Assembly: GCA_036172245.1 (NCBI GenBank)
Contig: JAYWIR010000005.1
Span: 1-64,000 of the forward strand
Direction of reading: 5' to 3'
Length of the DNA stretch: 64,000 nt
Origin: Raillietiella orientalis
Taxonomy: Eukaryota
Positions 47,801 to 59,800 of this stretch are shown here, in pieces; the first letter of the stretch is position 1, and each line of letters starts with the position of its first letter. The notes below the pieces were generated by a model, which was given only the letters and a program-made list of their open reading frames with translations, did no database searches and was not told the DNA's origin. Both the position numbers and the translations under genes were made by a program.

Positions 47801-50800
47801 CGACCTGCTCATCTCGCTCCGGAGACTGCCGGGGGCCTCTCCGGCATTTCTTCGGGCAGGCCATTGGCAGTCTCCATTCCGCCGTCCGCCGCTCCCCATT
47901 CCGAGCACCCCGCCAAGTCTCTCGCAACAGCGATGCCCAGCGGTCACGGGCCGCCGCGCTTCCGTCGCCGTCGGTGAGGAATGGAAGTTCGGCACGAGAA
48001 AGGAAGGCCGTGCGGATTCCCGAGCTTTTGACTCCGGGAAGACCGGGAGGGGGGGGAGGGCTCCGTTCGAGTTCAGCCGGAGTTTTTTAGCGCGCGCCAG
48101 CGTTCGTTGTCATCGAATCGCGCGTTCTCCGTGGCGGTCCGCCACACCGCGCCCTTCGCAGACAAGCGGCCGAGCTCGACGCAGCCTCCCTAGGGAGCCG
48201 CCCCAAGAACGCGTCCGTCCCTCGTTCTCCCATCTGAAGAGACAGCGCTCGGCAGCCTTGCTCCCGAAGAGGAAGGCGACCCAACCGCGGGAAGAATCAG
48301 GAGCGGTTGCCATGGGAGTTTCGCTTCCTATGCGAACCGGATTGCTGGAAAAGGTGGATGGAAAAAAGAGCGGAAGCTTGAAAGCGAGGAGTGGAGCAGT
48401 GGCGGACAGGAGACGCATCCCACGAGGACCGGCAGACCGGGAGAGCGGGAGCAGAAGAACAGGGACGTTCCTGTGGTAGAGGCACCCCTTCCAGAGCGCG
48501 CGAGGAATGACAGCGGGGGGGAGGGTGGGCACTCTGCCGGGGCGAAAAATTCGGCAGGTGGGAAGAGGCCAGGACTATCTGCGAGAGAGTCCAGGCGTAG
48601 CGTCCTCCGAGAGTTGGCAGAGAGCAGTGGGGTCCCCGCAACCCGTCGGGGACTGAGGTCGCGAAAGTCCTCAGTCTGGCTACTGAAGACCGCCCGCGGC
48701 TTTCCCGCGGGAGAGGACGCGCGACTCTTCTTTTCCCTGTTTTTTTTTTTTTTTCTTTTCGCTCTTGCGGCAGGGAAGGCGGGGAAAGAGTTGCCGAAGC
48801 CAGGGGGGAATCCATGCTCAGCAAAGACTGGTTGGCTCCTTCTGGTTCCAGGTGACAAGCAGTGCCCCCAGACGGCTTCCTGGTTCATGGGAATATGGCG
48901 TCAGCCCCACGACCACATCAAAAGCATCGCCACCGTGGCGCTGCTGTCCGAGGAAACAACGCGGATACTGGCAAAGCAGTAGGCCTTCCCACCAACTCCC
49001 TCTCCCACTCCCCCCACCCATTGCACGTGCCTCCCAGCTATTCGAGGTCCCCGTCCTGGCTGCTTCTTGCTAGCTCCGGACGGAACGAACTCCGCAGTCA
49101 TTCCGGGAGCCTCTCGCAGAGGCTCGCTCGATTGGTCGCCACGGGCGCAGACTCGACAGCGGGACGCTGCCATCGAGGCTGGCACGAGCCTTGAGTGCCT
49201 CGGGAACCTTGAGATTCCAGCTTCCTGAGCCCCGCAGACAGCTTAAGGAGGAGGAGAATTCGAAAAGAAGAGTTCGTCCGAGGGGCACGGAACAGAACAG
49301 AAGCTGAGAACCAGCGCGGGGGCTCACGGCCCTTCAGAAACCGGAGTCGGGGAAGACGGGGCTTCGGTGGTGTTCTCCCTCTAAGAGTCGCCACAAGGGC
49401 GTCCTCCCCGGATCGCGAAGAAACCGCGTGCGCGCGCAGGCAATACGGAGGATGGGGAAGAACATCCAGTGGGACGCTTCGAAGGGCGGAATGGCCTCCA
49501 GGACGACGGCTGGAAGCGATCGCCTCGGGGCGACAGAACCCTGCCGTGGAACGCACCTCAGGACCCATCCGATCCCGGCAGAAGATCCTCCGCTCTGGCG
49601 GCCGTGTGGATGCAGTCCCTCCGCGAGCAGCACCGAGCGTAACGGGTTCGAATCCCACCCGGGATAAGAGCAGCGCCGAGAACAGAGGGTGGGTCGTCAG
49701 GTTCGAGTTCCCTCCGCAGGATGGCTCTGATTGTCCCACAGGCTCCGTGCCTGGCACTGGTGGAAGGCTCCCTATCCTGAAGAGCCGCACGCATCCCCGA
49801 GTGACGTGGGCAGTGTTGAAGGAGCTTCGTGGGCCTCCCCTCCTCTAAGGAGGCGAACGGTTCTTCAGCACCCCTTGAGCCCCCAAAAAGGAAAGAAAAC
49901 CCGACAGAGGGAAAGCCAGAAGGAAGCGACGGAATCAGAACCCAGAGAAGGGACCGCATCATCCCAAGAGGGTTTCCTCTATTCCAGTGAAAGGGGGAGT
50001 TTGAGAAGAACAAACCATGGCTCCGAGGAGGCGGAGAGGAGTGGCAGCGGCCGTCAACGGCTCCCCCTAGCTGCTGACGGGCGCGAAGACTCTCGGCGGA
50101 ACCAAAGTTGCGCCTCCGGTCGCATGGGAACCGCCCGGGGCCGCCCTCGAACGCGGGGGAGGAGGCGCAGCGCTCTCACCGCTGCAGGGTAGCAGCATCC
50201 GGGAGATGGCACCAGAGAGTCTGCGTGCCCGTGAAAAACCTGCACCGCTCTGTTGGAGATCACCGCGCAAGCGGCATCCGCCTCGTCGTCAAGTCCGACA
50301 CGGCTTCCTCTTGGGAATGCTACCATTCCGGTTCTCCTCCCGCTGACATGGCAACAAGGAGACGGAGCCAAGTCGCCTCGCCTCCACGGAAGCGGCCCAC
50401 ACGCTCTTCCTACAGATATTGAGAAGTCGAGTGAAGCCCGCTGTGCGGCGGCCTCGGGCGCTTTTTCCCCTTCCACGATTTGCGCTTCCTGATTCGGGAT
50501 CCCAGGCCGGTTCCAGCAGTCTCATCTCCGTCTTTGGGTCGTTCCTCAAACGCTGCCCTCCTCCCTGCCGGTCAGTAAACTCGTCCACCCGAGCAGGGAG
50601 AGTCCGAAGGTCGTTTTCTCGCTCCCGTGAGGTCGCATTCCCCGAACTCCGGGATGCCTGGAGACGGGCCGGAAACGGGGAAGCGACCGGAAATGGGCCG
50701 GTCTTCCTTCTCTGCGCCCTCGGGGAGCTTCCGAGGTCAACTGGTGTCGTTCCCGAACACCGGACGGCCAACGACTCCCCGCAGGACCCGAGGGGCGAAG

Positions 50801-53800
50801 AACCCCAGGACGGGAACGATCGTCCCGGAAGATGCGTTTCGAAGAGAGCGCTCGCTTGAGTGAGGCGCCTCTGGCGGCAGCACTTTGAGTTTTTTTTGTT
50901 TTCCTTTTTCTTTTCTTTTCTTTTCTTTTTCGATTTTCCGGACTCCTCGAGCGGCGGGGCAGGAGGGCTGGGTCTTCGCGACCCTTTGGTCTTTCAGGCA
51001 CGCGTTTCGAGCCCAGCGCATGTCTCGGGGCGAATTGGATTCCCCCTTCCCAGCTTTGCTCCCCCCCCGCTTGAGCATGATGGAGCCGCTCCCGTCTGGC
51101 GTTCCAGGGGGAACCTGACGCAAGAGCAGATCGTCTTCACCCTGCCCACGATCGACGTCAGGAACACGCCACTTGGAGAGAAGTGCTGCGTGGACATCGA
51201 CTTCCCATGCCAGCCGAAGAAGTACCGTGCTTTCAACGGCTACTGCAACAACGTCCAGAATCCCAAGTGGGGCAACTCCGCGACGAGGATGCTCCGCTTC
51301 ATCTCCGCCGACTACGATGATGGTAGCTGGGCTCCGCCCGGCGGAACGCTCTCCTGACTCGCCTTCTCTCCGCAGACGTGTGCACTCCCAGAGGGTCCCG
51401 GCCGGGGAGTCCGCTGCCGGGCGTCAGAAAAGTCTCTACCATGATGCACCCAGATAGACCCAAAAGCCACGCCTACCTCACGGTCATGGCGGCCGTCTGG
51501 GGCATTTTCATCCACCACGACATCTTCTTCTCACCTCAGGTCTCCGGTGAGGAGTGCTCTCTTTTGAGCGCGGCTCGGGGAAAACGACGCGCTCCTTCCC
51601 CGAAAGGGGTCACTTGTGGCCAGCCCTAGCATGGGGAGGAGCCTGACGGAGACGCGGTCGCGGTCGCTCGGGTCCAAGGCAGAGTAGCCCAGGAGGTCAG
51701 GCTCCCCAGCGTCTGGCGGATTTCTTCCGCTCTCCCGGAGGCCCCTGTGACCGGGCCCGCAGGGCCTCCCGCTGCGCGCGATCAAACCGAATGTCTCGGA
51801 AAGCTCGCTGGACCTCGGGCCATCACCACTCAGTCACCTTTCTCGGGTGCGGTGACAGCATCCGAACTTTGCCCTTTCAGTCACTCCACCCCCTTTCTCT
51901 TCTTCCATTCGTCCTTTTCTCTCTTCCTCTTACTCCTCCTCTCCTTTTTCCTCCTCCTCCTTTTGTTTCTCTTCCTTCCTTTCTCCTCCCTTTCTTATTC
52001 CTTCTATTTCCTCCTTATTCTCCCTTTCTCCCCTCCTCTTCCTCCTTCCTCCCTCCTCCCGTTCCTCCTACTTCTGCTCCTCCCTTCCCTTCCTTTGTCC
52101 CCTGTCCTCTTCGCCGTTTACGCGCCTTGCCCAGCTCCTAGACCCGGGGGCACCTTGAGAGCGCTACAGCACCCGTTTCTGGGACGAGACGAGCCGCGGA
52201 GATCCTTCTTCCTGCCCTCCTTGGAGCGCTGATTTTTTCCGGAGCAGAGCCGAGCACTCGAAGAAGCGGAAATCTTAGCATCCTCTTTCTCTTCTTCTTG
52301 CCTGCAAGCATTGCTGGAAGACACCGCCCCCAACCCCTTCGGATATCCCCGGCGGCCAGCCTTCACACCTGGAGGGAGCGATGTCGGGCAGATCCGTACT
52401 CCGGCAGGCCGCCCTCCGCCCGCGGCGTTCCTCGACGCGCACGCGCCGCACAATCCCGGTGCTCTCGTTCGGAGAGTTTTCGAGTTCCCTCCCTCTGCAG
52501 GAGTAAGAGAACTCAGAAAGAGAGGACGGTACCAGGAGCAATCTCCAGAAGGAAAGCGGCTGCGAGGGAGGGAAATAGGGGGAGCGAGAGTCCGGCGGCG
52601 GTGGACCAGAAGTGGCGGCTTCCAGGAGGAGCGTCGCCGCTGCCTTTCCCGTGTGGGCATCTCGTTGCTTCCAGAGCGCGGGAAGGGGAGCCGAGATTCC
52701 AGGGCAGATATGCCGTTTCCACGGAGAGCTCCTGGATGATCCTCCTCAATGCGAATCGAGGATGGGGAAAGGGGGGGCGCGAACGGAAGAGGGGTACAAA
52801 CAGTCGTCTCCCCCGTTCCTCCGCTCGCCGAGGAACGGCCTCTGCGCGCGAGCACGCGCAAGGTCCTCTGGCAGCCACGCAATCGGCACCGATCTCCTCC
52901 CAGGTCACCGGAACAGCAAGCTGAAGTGTTGCGGCGTTAGCCCCTCCAGGCTCCACCCAGAGTGCTTCCCCATCCGCGTCCCCTCATCCGACCCCTTCTA
53001 CCACCAGTTCTGCCTGCGCTGCATGGAGTACGTGAGGTCATGCACGGCCCCCAGGGCGGGATGCACCCTAGGTATTGTCTCCGTGGGAGTCTAACCCCCT
53101 GCCGCTTTCCCTCCCTCCCTTCCAGGTCCCAGGGAACAGCTCAACCAGGTCACGTCATTCCTGGACGCTTCCGTCGTCTACGGATCCTCCAAGGAGGAGA
53201 ACGACAGGCTGAGGGCCTTCGAAGGGGGCAAGATGAGGGTCGGGCGCTCCGCGGATGGATTGCCGCTGCTGCCCCCCGACGGAACAGCGGACAACTGCCG
53301 CGAGAACGCGCAGATGAGGTGAGCGCGCGGATGCCGGGCAGCGCCGACCCCAGCGGCCTCCCCAGGTGCTTTCAGGCGGGAGACGCGCGCGCCAACGAGA
53401 ACATCCTCCTCGCCACCATGCACACCGTCTGGGTCAGGGAGCACAACCGCGTCGCTGGGAGGCTGGCCGAGCTGAACCCGCACTGGAAGGACGACCTCAT
53501 CTTCCACGAGGCGCGGCAGGTCGTCGCGGCGGAGATGCAGCACATCACCTACAACGAGTTTCTCCCTGCCGTCTTGGGTCAGGTTGGTCTCCTCCTCCCG
53601 AGGATAAGGGGCTCGAGCTAGCGCTGATCTTTCCTGACAGCGCCCCACTGCGCTGGGAGGGGATTCCGGATTGGAAGCCCGTCCGGAGGAGGGACGAGCA
53701 GCACCCGGAGTCACAGCTTGGCGCCTCTGCCGACCGGCGCCCGAAATGCACGCGCGTTCGCTTGTCATTTGTCAGGGCGACCATCTCTTCCGCGTGCCCT

Positions 53801-56800
53801 CCGCAGCTTTTTTCCTCGACCCTGTGCCTTTCTTCCGGAACCTCCTTTCCGCCGGCTTCCTGGCGAACCCGCCGATCACTCGCGTCCTTCCCTTACAGCT
53901 GTGGTCGCCCGCCCACCCCTCGGAGGGATACCCCGGAACTCGTCCGCCGGTCAGCATCTCTCCACATCTGACGCCGCGAGGAAGCACAGGCGGGCGGATC
54001 GGCCGCACCTCGAACTCCCTGCTCCGAGAGCAAGAGTCTCCCACGGAGAGACTCTCGCTCTCGTAGCAGAGAGATGCAGCCCCGTCTCGGGCCGTGGGCC
54101 GCTGCCGAACCGCTAAAGAATGAGGTGGCCGTAGGAGGCCCAAGTGAGGGCGTCCAAACGGCATGCGTCGTCCTCTGGAAGGGCCTCGCGCCCCCAGCCC
54201 AAGTCGGGTCTGGCGATGCTGCGTGAAGAGCCCGAAACGTGGAGCACACCGTCTCGGAAGGAGTCTCACTCGAGTGCCCCTGGTGCTGGCCGAGAAGCGG
54301 TTGATACGGAAACCGTTCGCCTCGTGCCTCGCCCTCTGGGAAGGGGCGGAGGAAGGGGAAAGGCTTCCGTGAAGAGAGGGCGTCGCTGAGAGAGGAAACC
54401 TGGAAGGAAGCAGACCGGAAAGCTGCTCAGCTTCCGGGAAGTGGAAGGGTAGCGGAGCTGCCGTCCGCTCAGATCTTGGAGCAATTGCTTCAGTGTAGTC
54501 CTGGAAACCTGATGCAAACTAGGGGTACATGGGAACTGTGTGGTGCACCAGATCTCAAGTCTCCGAAGAAATCCGTCGTGCTTTTCAAGTGGGAAAGAAA
54601 AAAAATACGGAGACCAGGAGAAACGTCAAAGATGATCTTTACTGTCGTGTACTGCTCTGCGGAAGATGCTTTCTTTCTCTTCCGCGTACCTCCGGTCGGG
54701 ATTCAGAGCAAGCTGAAGGTGGGAGAGAACAAGGGGATCCTAGTAGGCTGTAGGACCTTGCTGAAAAGCTCCGTAAAACATTACCAAATAGAGACGGGTA
54801 GTTCTTGAAGGAAGGAGGAAATGTCTCCATTGTCCCTACTCTTCTTCCTCTTCCTCATCCTTTCCTTTCTTCCTTCTTCTCCTCTTCTCTTCCTCTTCCT
54901 CATTTATCCGTCCCCCTCCTCCTTCTCCCTTCCTTATCGCCCTCCTTCTTCCTTCTCCTCTCTTCCTCCTCCCTCCTTCTTCCCTCCTCCTTTTCCCTCC
55001 TTCTTCCTCTTCCCTCCCTCCTTCTCTTCCTCCTCCTCTCTTACCTCCCATTTCCCCTTGTCCTCCTCGCCGCTGCCGCGCCTTGCCCAGCTCCTAGACC
55101 CGAAGGCACCTTGAGAGCGCTCCGGCATCCGTTTCTGGGATGTGACTATCCGCGAGGCTCCCGTTTGCTGCTCTCCCTGAGGCTCTGACCTCCTTCGACC
55201 AGGGCTGCGTACTCGAAGAGGAGGGAACCCCAGCATCCTCTTTCTCTTATTCTTGGCGCCTACGAGCACCGCCGGAAGTCCCTTGCCGTTCTCTGGCTGC
55301 TCTCTGGGAGATCCCCTGAGCCACCTGATTCAGCGCCCTGTACTCTTTCTGGAGCCCACGTGGCCCTCCCGTGGTCTCCACGGTGATCAGTCCGTCCTTC
55401 CTCTTCTCCGATTTCTGCAAGCTCAAGGCGCGGGAAGTGTCCGCGGGCGTGGAGAGACGGGGGCACGCCGGAAGCGTCTCTTGGACCCATGATCGACCTG
55501 CCGGACTCCGGTCCTTTGTTCCCGCCTTCTCGGACACGGCAGGGACCGAAAGGTGCCCGACAGGGGGGGAAGAGTTCTCCCTTCCTGCCGGCGGGCCAGG
55601 ACGATCGAGCGTCTCGGTGTGCGCCACTCCCTCCTCCTTTCGAGATCCTTGCCTGTTCCCGGTGCCTCCAGGATCGTTTCTGTGCTCCAGGAAGCCGTCA
55701 ACATGTATGGACTGGCCCCCCGAAAGTCGGGATTCTTCTCCGGGTACGACATCAACATCAACGCGGGGATCGCGAACAGCGTGGGCTCCATCGCGATGAA
55801 CTTCCTGGTGTCCCTGGTGCCGGGGAAGCTTCCCTACTACCCGGAAGCAGGGAGCAACATGTCACAGTTCCTAAGCGACACTTACTTTTCTACCTTCGAC
55901 CTGTACCGGAAGGGTGCTCTGGATTCGCTGGTCAGAGGGATGGCGAAGAAGAAGGCGGAGAGCATGGACCGCTTCGTCACATCGGAGTTCACCTCGCAGC
56001 TGTTCAAGGACCCCAAGAGTAGTGAACCCGCCCCACCCTCGCGCCCATGGACCGACCCCTCTCCCCAGGTGCTCATGCGTTTGGCCTGGACCTGGTCTCC
56101 CTGATCCTGAACCAGGGGCGCGACCACGGCATCGCAGGATACGCCAAATGGAAGGAGTTCTGCGGGCTGGGCACACCGCTGGACTTCGCGGATCTGCACG
56201 ACGTCATGGGGCGTGAGTCCGCCGCGGTCCTCGAGGAGCTCTTCAGGTAGACCCCGGGGTAGCCTTGGTCTTAGCCTCTACCAGCAGGGGGATCGGCGGG
56301 GGCGCGGCAGGTCTGTTGAAGACATCGACCTGTTCTCCGGCGCGATGGCCGAACTGCCCGTGGGCGACGCCCAGGTCGGCCCCGTCCTCCTCTGCCTTCT
56401 GGGCAAGCAGTTCCATTATCTAAAGTTCGGAGACAGGCACTGGTACGAGAACGACATCCCCCCGTCCTCCTTCAGCAAAGGTAGCGGCCCTTGTCCACGG
56501 GGTCATGAACCCCCACTCCTCTCTTCAGAGCAACTGTACCAGATACGGAAGGCCAGCCTGGCCCGCGTGATCTGCGACAACGTGCCCTCGGTCGCGGCCA
56601 TACAGCCCAAGGTGTTCCTGGACTCCGACGACTTCCTGTGAGTGTGTCGGGCAGAGGGAGGTTCGGTTCCGCACCTGCTTTTCGGCTCCAGGAACTCCGA
56701 AATGCCCTGCGAAAACCCCATGCTGAAGTTCGTGGACCTGCAGGCGTGGAAGATCTCCTCTCCCAACTTCCTCCCCACAGACGTCCTGCAGGACTCCTTC

Positions 56801-59800
56801 GAGAGGGCGAAAAGGGACGCCGGCGCGATGGCGACCGCGACTCACAGGCGCTTCGCCACAGGTGGGACCGCGAGAAAATTGGGGGCTCCCTTCCTCCTCA
56901 ACCTCGCACCTACCCTGCTCTTCAGCTTTTCTGAGCTTCCCGTTCCCGTTTCTGCGAGGCCCTCGTCTCGGGGCCAGCGAGCGCTCTCGGCTGTCTCGGA
57001 GAAGGGGTTCGGCTGAACTCGGCGAAGCCGCGGGGAAAGCGGACCTCTTTCCCCGCGGGCGTGTTCTGGAAAGAGGTGCGCGCGATTCTGAGGAGTCCGG
57101 GAAGTCCACCGGAGGGACCGCTCAGGCGGCCGAGCAGAGCGAATTCCCCCGGCACCCTCCGTGCGACCCCTCCCCGACGCTGATTTCGCGCAGCTTCCGG
57201 TTGCCACGGCGGAGCAGAAAACTCATCGACCGCCCTTCCTGCCCGGCTGCTCCGCCTCCGGATGGAGCGTCCCCCGTCAAATGCAAGTGCAGGAAGCAGA
57301 CGCATGTGCGACCTCCCTCGCCACTCGTGGCGCGGAGGTCACGGAAGTCTCGGGTCCATCCGTCGAGTTGCCGCGTTGCGATGCCTTGGAGAAATCCGGG
57401 AAAGCCTCGGGCTGTTCCCGCCACGGACGCGAGCGAGCGGCAGGGATCCGATAGAAAGGACCTCCCTGTTCGTCAGGCCGGCTGAGATGCAGCGGGACCG
57501 CCAACCCCCTCGGGGTGCTGCTTCGCCGCCTGAGGCGGTAAGCGCGACCAGGGGAGGCATTAGCGTTGTGGGTCCCACTCCACCCGTGGAGCGTCGACGC
57601 CGGGAATGGGGTGTGTGGAGTGTGTGATGGGTTCCGAGTGTCCCCCAAAACGGCACTGCTCGGTCGGACCACGGACTTCGGGTGCAGCACAGACTGGCGG
57701 GACGCGCGTGCGCGTCGCAGACCGGACGCCGTCGCTGACCGGCCGGGATTGTAAGGGAAGTCCGCCGGGACTCGGGGTCCTTACGGAGATCTACGAGATT
57801 CCTTCCCCTCCCTCTCCCCTCAGTTGTGTAAATGGAGCTGATGCCGCTTCAGAGGGGTCCCTCTCCAGTGTGTTGCCTTCGGGAAGCGCCATCCAGGGCA
57901 AGAAACGAGGAAGGGCTCCTACAAGGCGGGGAGTCCCTACGGAGAGAATAAGGAAGAGGTTATCTTTGGGGTTTCCTCTCAAGAATCAGAGAGGAACGGA
58001 CTCCTTCTTCCGGAGTCTTCCTGGAATGATTCGGGTGCTCCCCTGACCGAGGTACACTCACCCTCGGGTGGCATGCAAATTGCCTCTTGCGGGTCCTCAC
58101 GTGGCGGCACCGCCGAGCCTCTGCGATGATCCCCCTGAGGAGGCGAACGGTTCTTGAGTATTTCTCGAGGATCAAAGCAGGCGGGCGTTTGCTGGGAACC
58201 CTTAATTTGGAGTGAGGGAGGAGTAGGCCATCCGGGTAAACTCGGGGCAGAGGAAGGTCGGATCCAACACCTCGGCGGCCGCCGATGCTGCGGATCTGTC
58301 GGATGCCGCCAGACCCCAGGTTAGCTGCGAGGGTGCCGCGCCCCGACGCATCCGGACAGCCTCATGTCCATTTGAGAAAGTGAACAGACACGAACTGGAA
58401 AGAGGAATGCGAGCGAAGTGCCCCGGAAACAGCGCACCTTCCGCTTGACCCCTCCCTCCGGCGAGACGCCCCTTCCGCGCGCGCGTTTCGGTCCAAAGCT
58501 GCCGGGACGGACCGCAAACAGGAGACGCTCTCCCCTCCCCCCTTCCCACTCCCTTCCCCACAGTCCGCTATGGCGGCCGCGCGCGACCTCCCTCACCCTG
58601 CGCCACCCAACTGAAAATAGGAATTGTAAAGCTGATACTGCGCACCATTGCTGCTGTAATGGACCACTTTAATCTGAGACTGGTTTTGTTCCGCAACAGA
58701 TAAAGGTGCCAGGCCGAACTCTCCGACAGGTATAGCGTTTCATTTTCAGAGACCGAAGCGCCAGGCCATCGAAATCTCCAACACGAGCAGACTCTTGGAA
58801 CTCGCCTCGCGCCGCTTCGTCGACGACATGCTGCAGAGGTAAAAAAAAAAAAAAAATGAAAAAGAAAGAAAGAAAGAAAGAAAAAGAAAAGAAAGAGCCG
58901 CGGGGAAGGACGTTTCCGGCACGTCCTCCATCCCCGCCGAGTCGCACGCGCACCCTCAACGAATCGCGTCCTCCTCCTTCCAGGAACTCCATCCCCGACA
59001 AGGAGCGCTTCGAAAAAGACGAGGAGGACCGCATCGCTCCTCCCCAGAACATCGACGAGCTCCTCAGCGCCATGCCTGACATCGAGGTCAACGAGCTGGT
59101 GGACATCCCGTCCGCCTTCCGGTGCGACGAGCAGGCGCTCCCATGCGACCACACCTCGCGGTTCGCGACGGTGACCGGCTGGTGCAACAACATCAGGCAC
59201 CCGGAATGGGGCAAGTCCATGAGGTCGTTCGCGAGGCTCCTGCGACCCAAGTACGAAGACGGTAGGCATGTCCATGTCCCCGGGAAATTCTTCTGAGGGA
59301 TGTGCGACAGGTATACAGAGCCCGCGGGTGTTTTCCGTGACTGGAAACCCGCTGCCCTCCGCCCGACTGGTGTCCTTCTCGATGCACGCCGACGTCAGCG
59401 CCCTGCATAAGCGCTACTCCCTGATGATCATGCAGTTCGCGCAGTTCATCGATCACGACCTGACGTTCACTCCAGTGAACACAGGTAGATGTCACCACGT
59501 GGAGAGAGAAAACGCACGCTCGTCCTCGCAGACGCTGATCGCACGCGCTTCTCCCTACCGTGGTCCTTCTTTCCCCTTCGAAAGGGAGGAAGGAAGCGCC
59601 GACGACTCGGGGAACGGGGGAGAGTGGAGTTGAAAGCGTTTCCATCTCCCCTTCCGGCAGCGCGGTAAAAGTTTTCCGGAAACTTCCAGCTGCAGAGGGA
59701 AAATCTCGGCACGAAAATTTCCGAGAAGCGAGAGAAAGCGTGAGTGCAGCTGGAATTCTTTCCTGCCACTCCCGAGCGCACGAAATTCCTGCGTCCGCCC

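Noticed and set aside
49595..49665. tRNA gene suggested by gggttcgaatccc (also 41128-41143 and 63786-63795)
   Set aside because: I could not fold a cloverleaf, and the boxes sit within a dispersed repeat with body and tail, so they are SINE heads.
58750..58838. Alternative acceptor cattttcag at 58749 for peroxidase exon 13
   Set aside because: Phase 0 is incompatible with the upstream phase-1 donor; the acceptor at 58699 keeps the frame (DKGARPNSPTGIAFHFQRPK).
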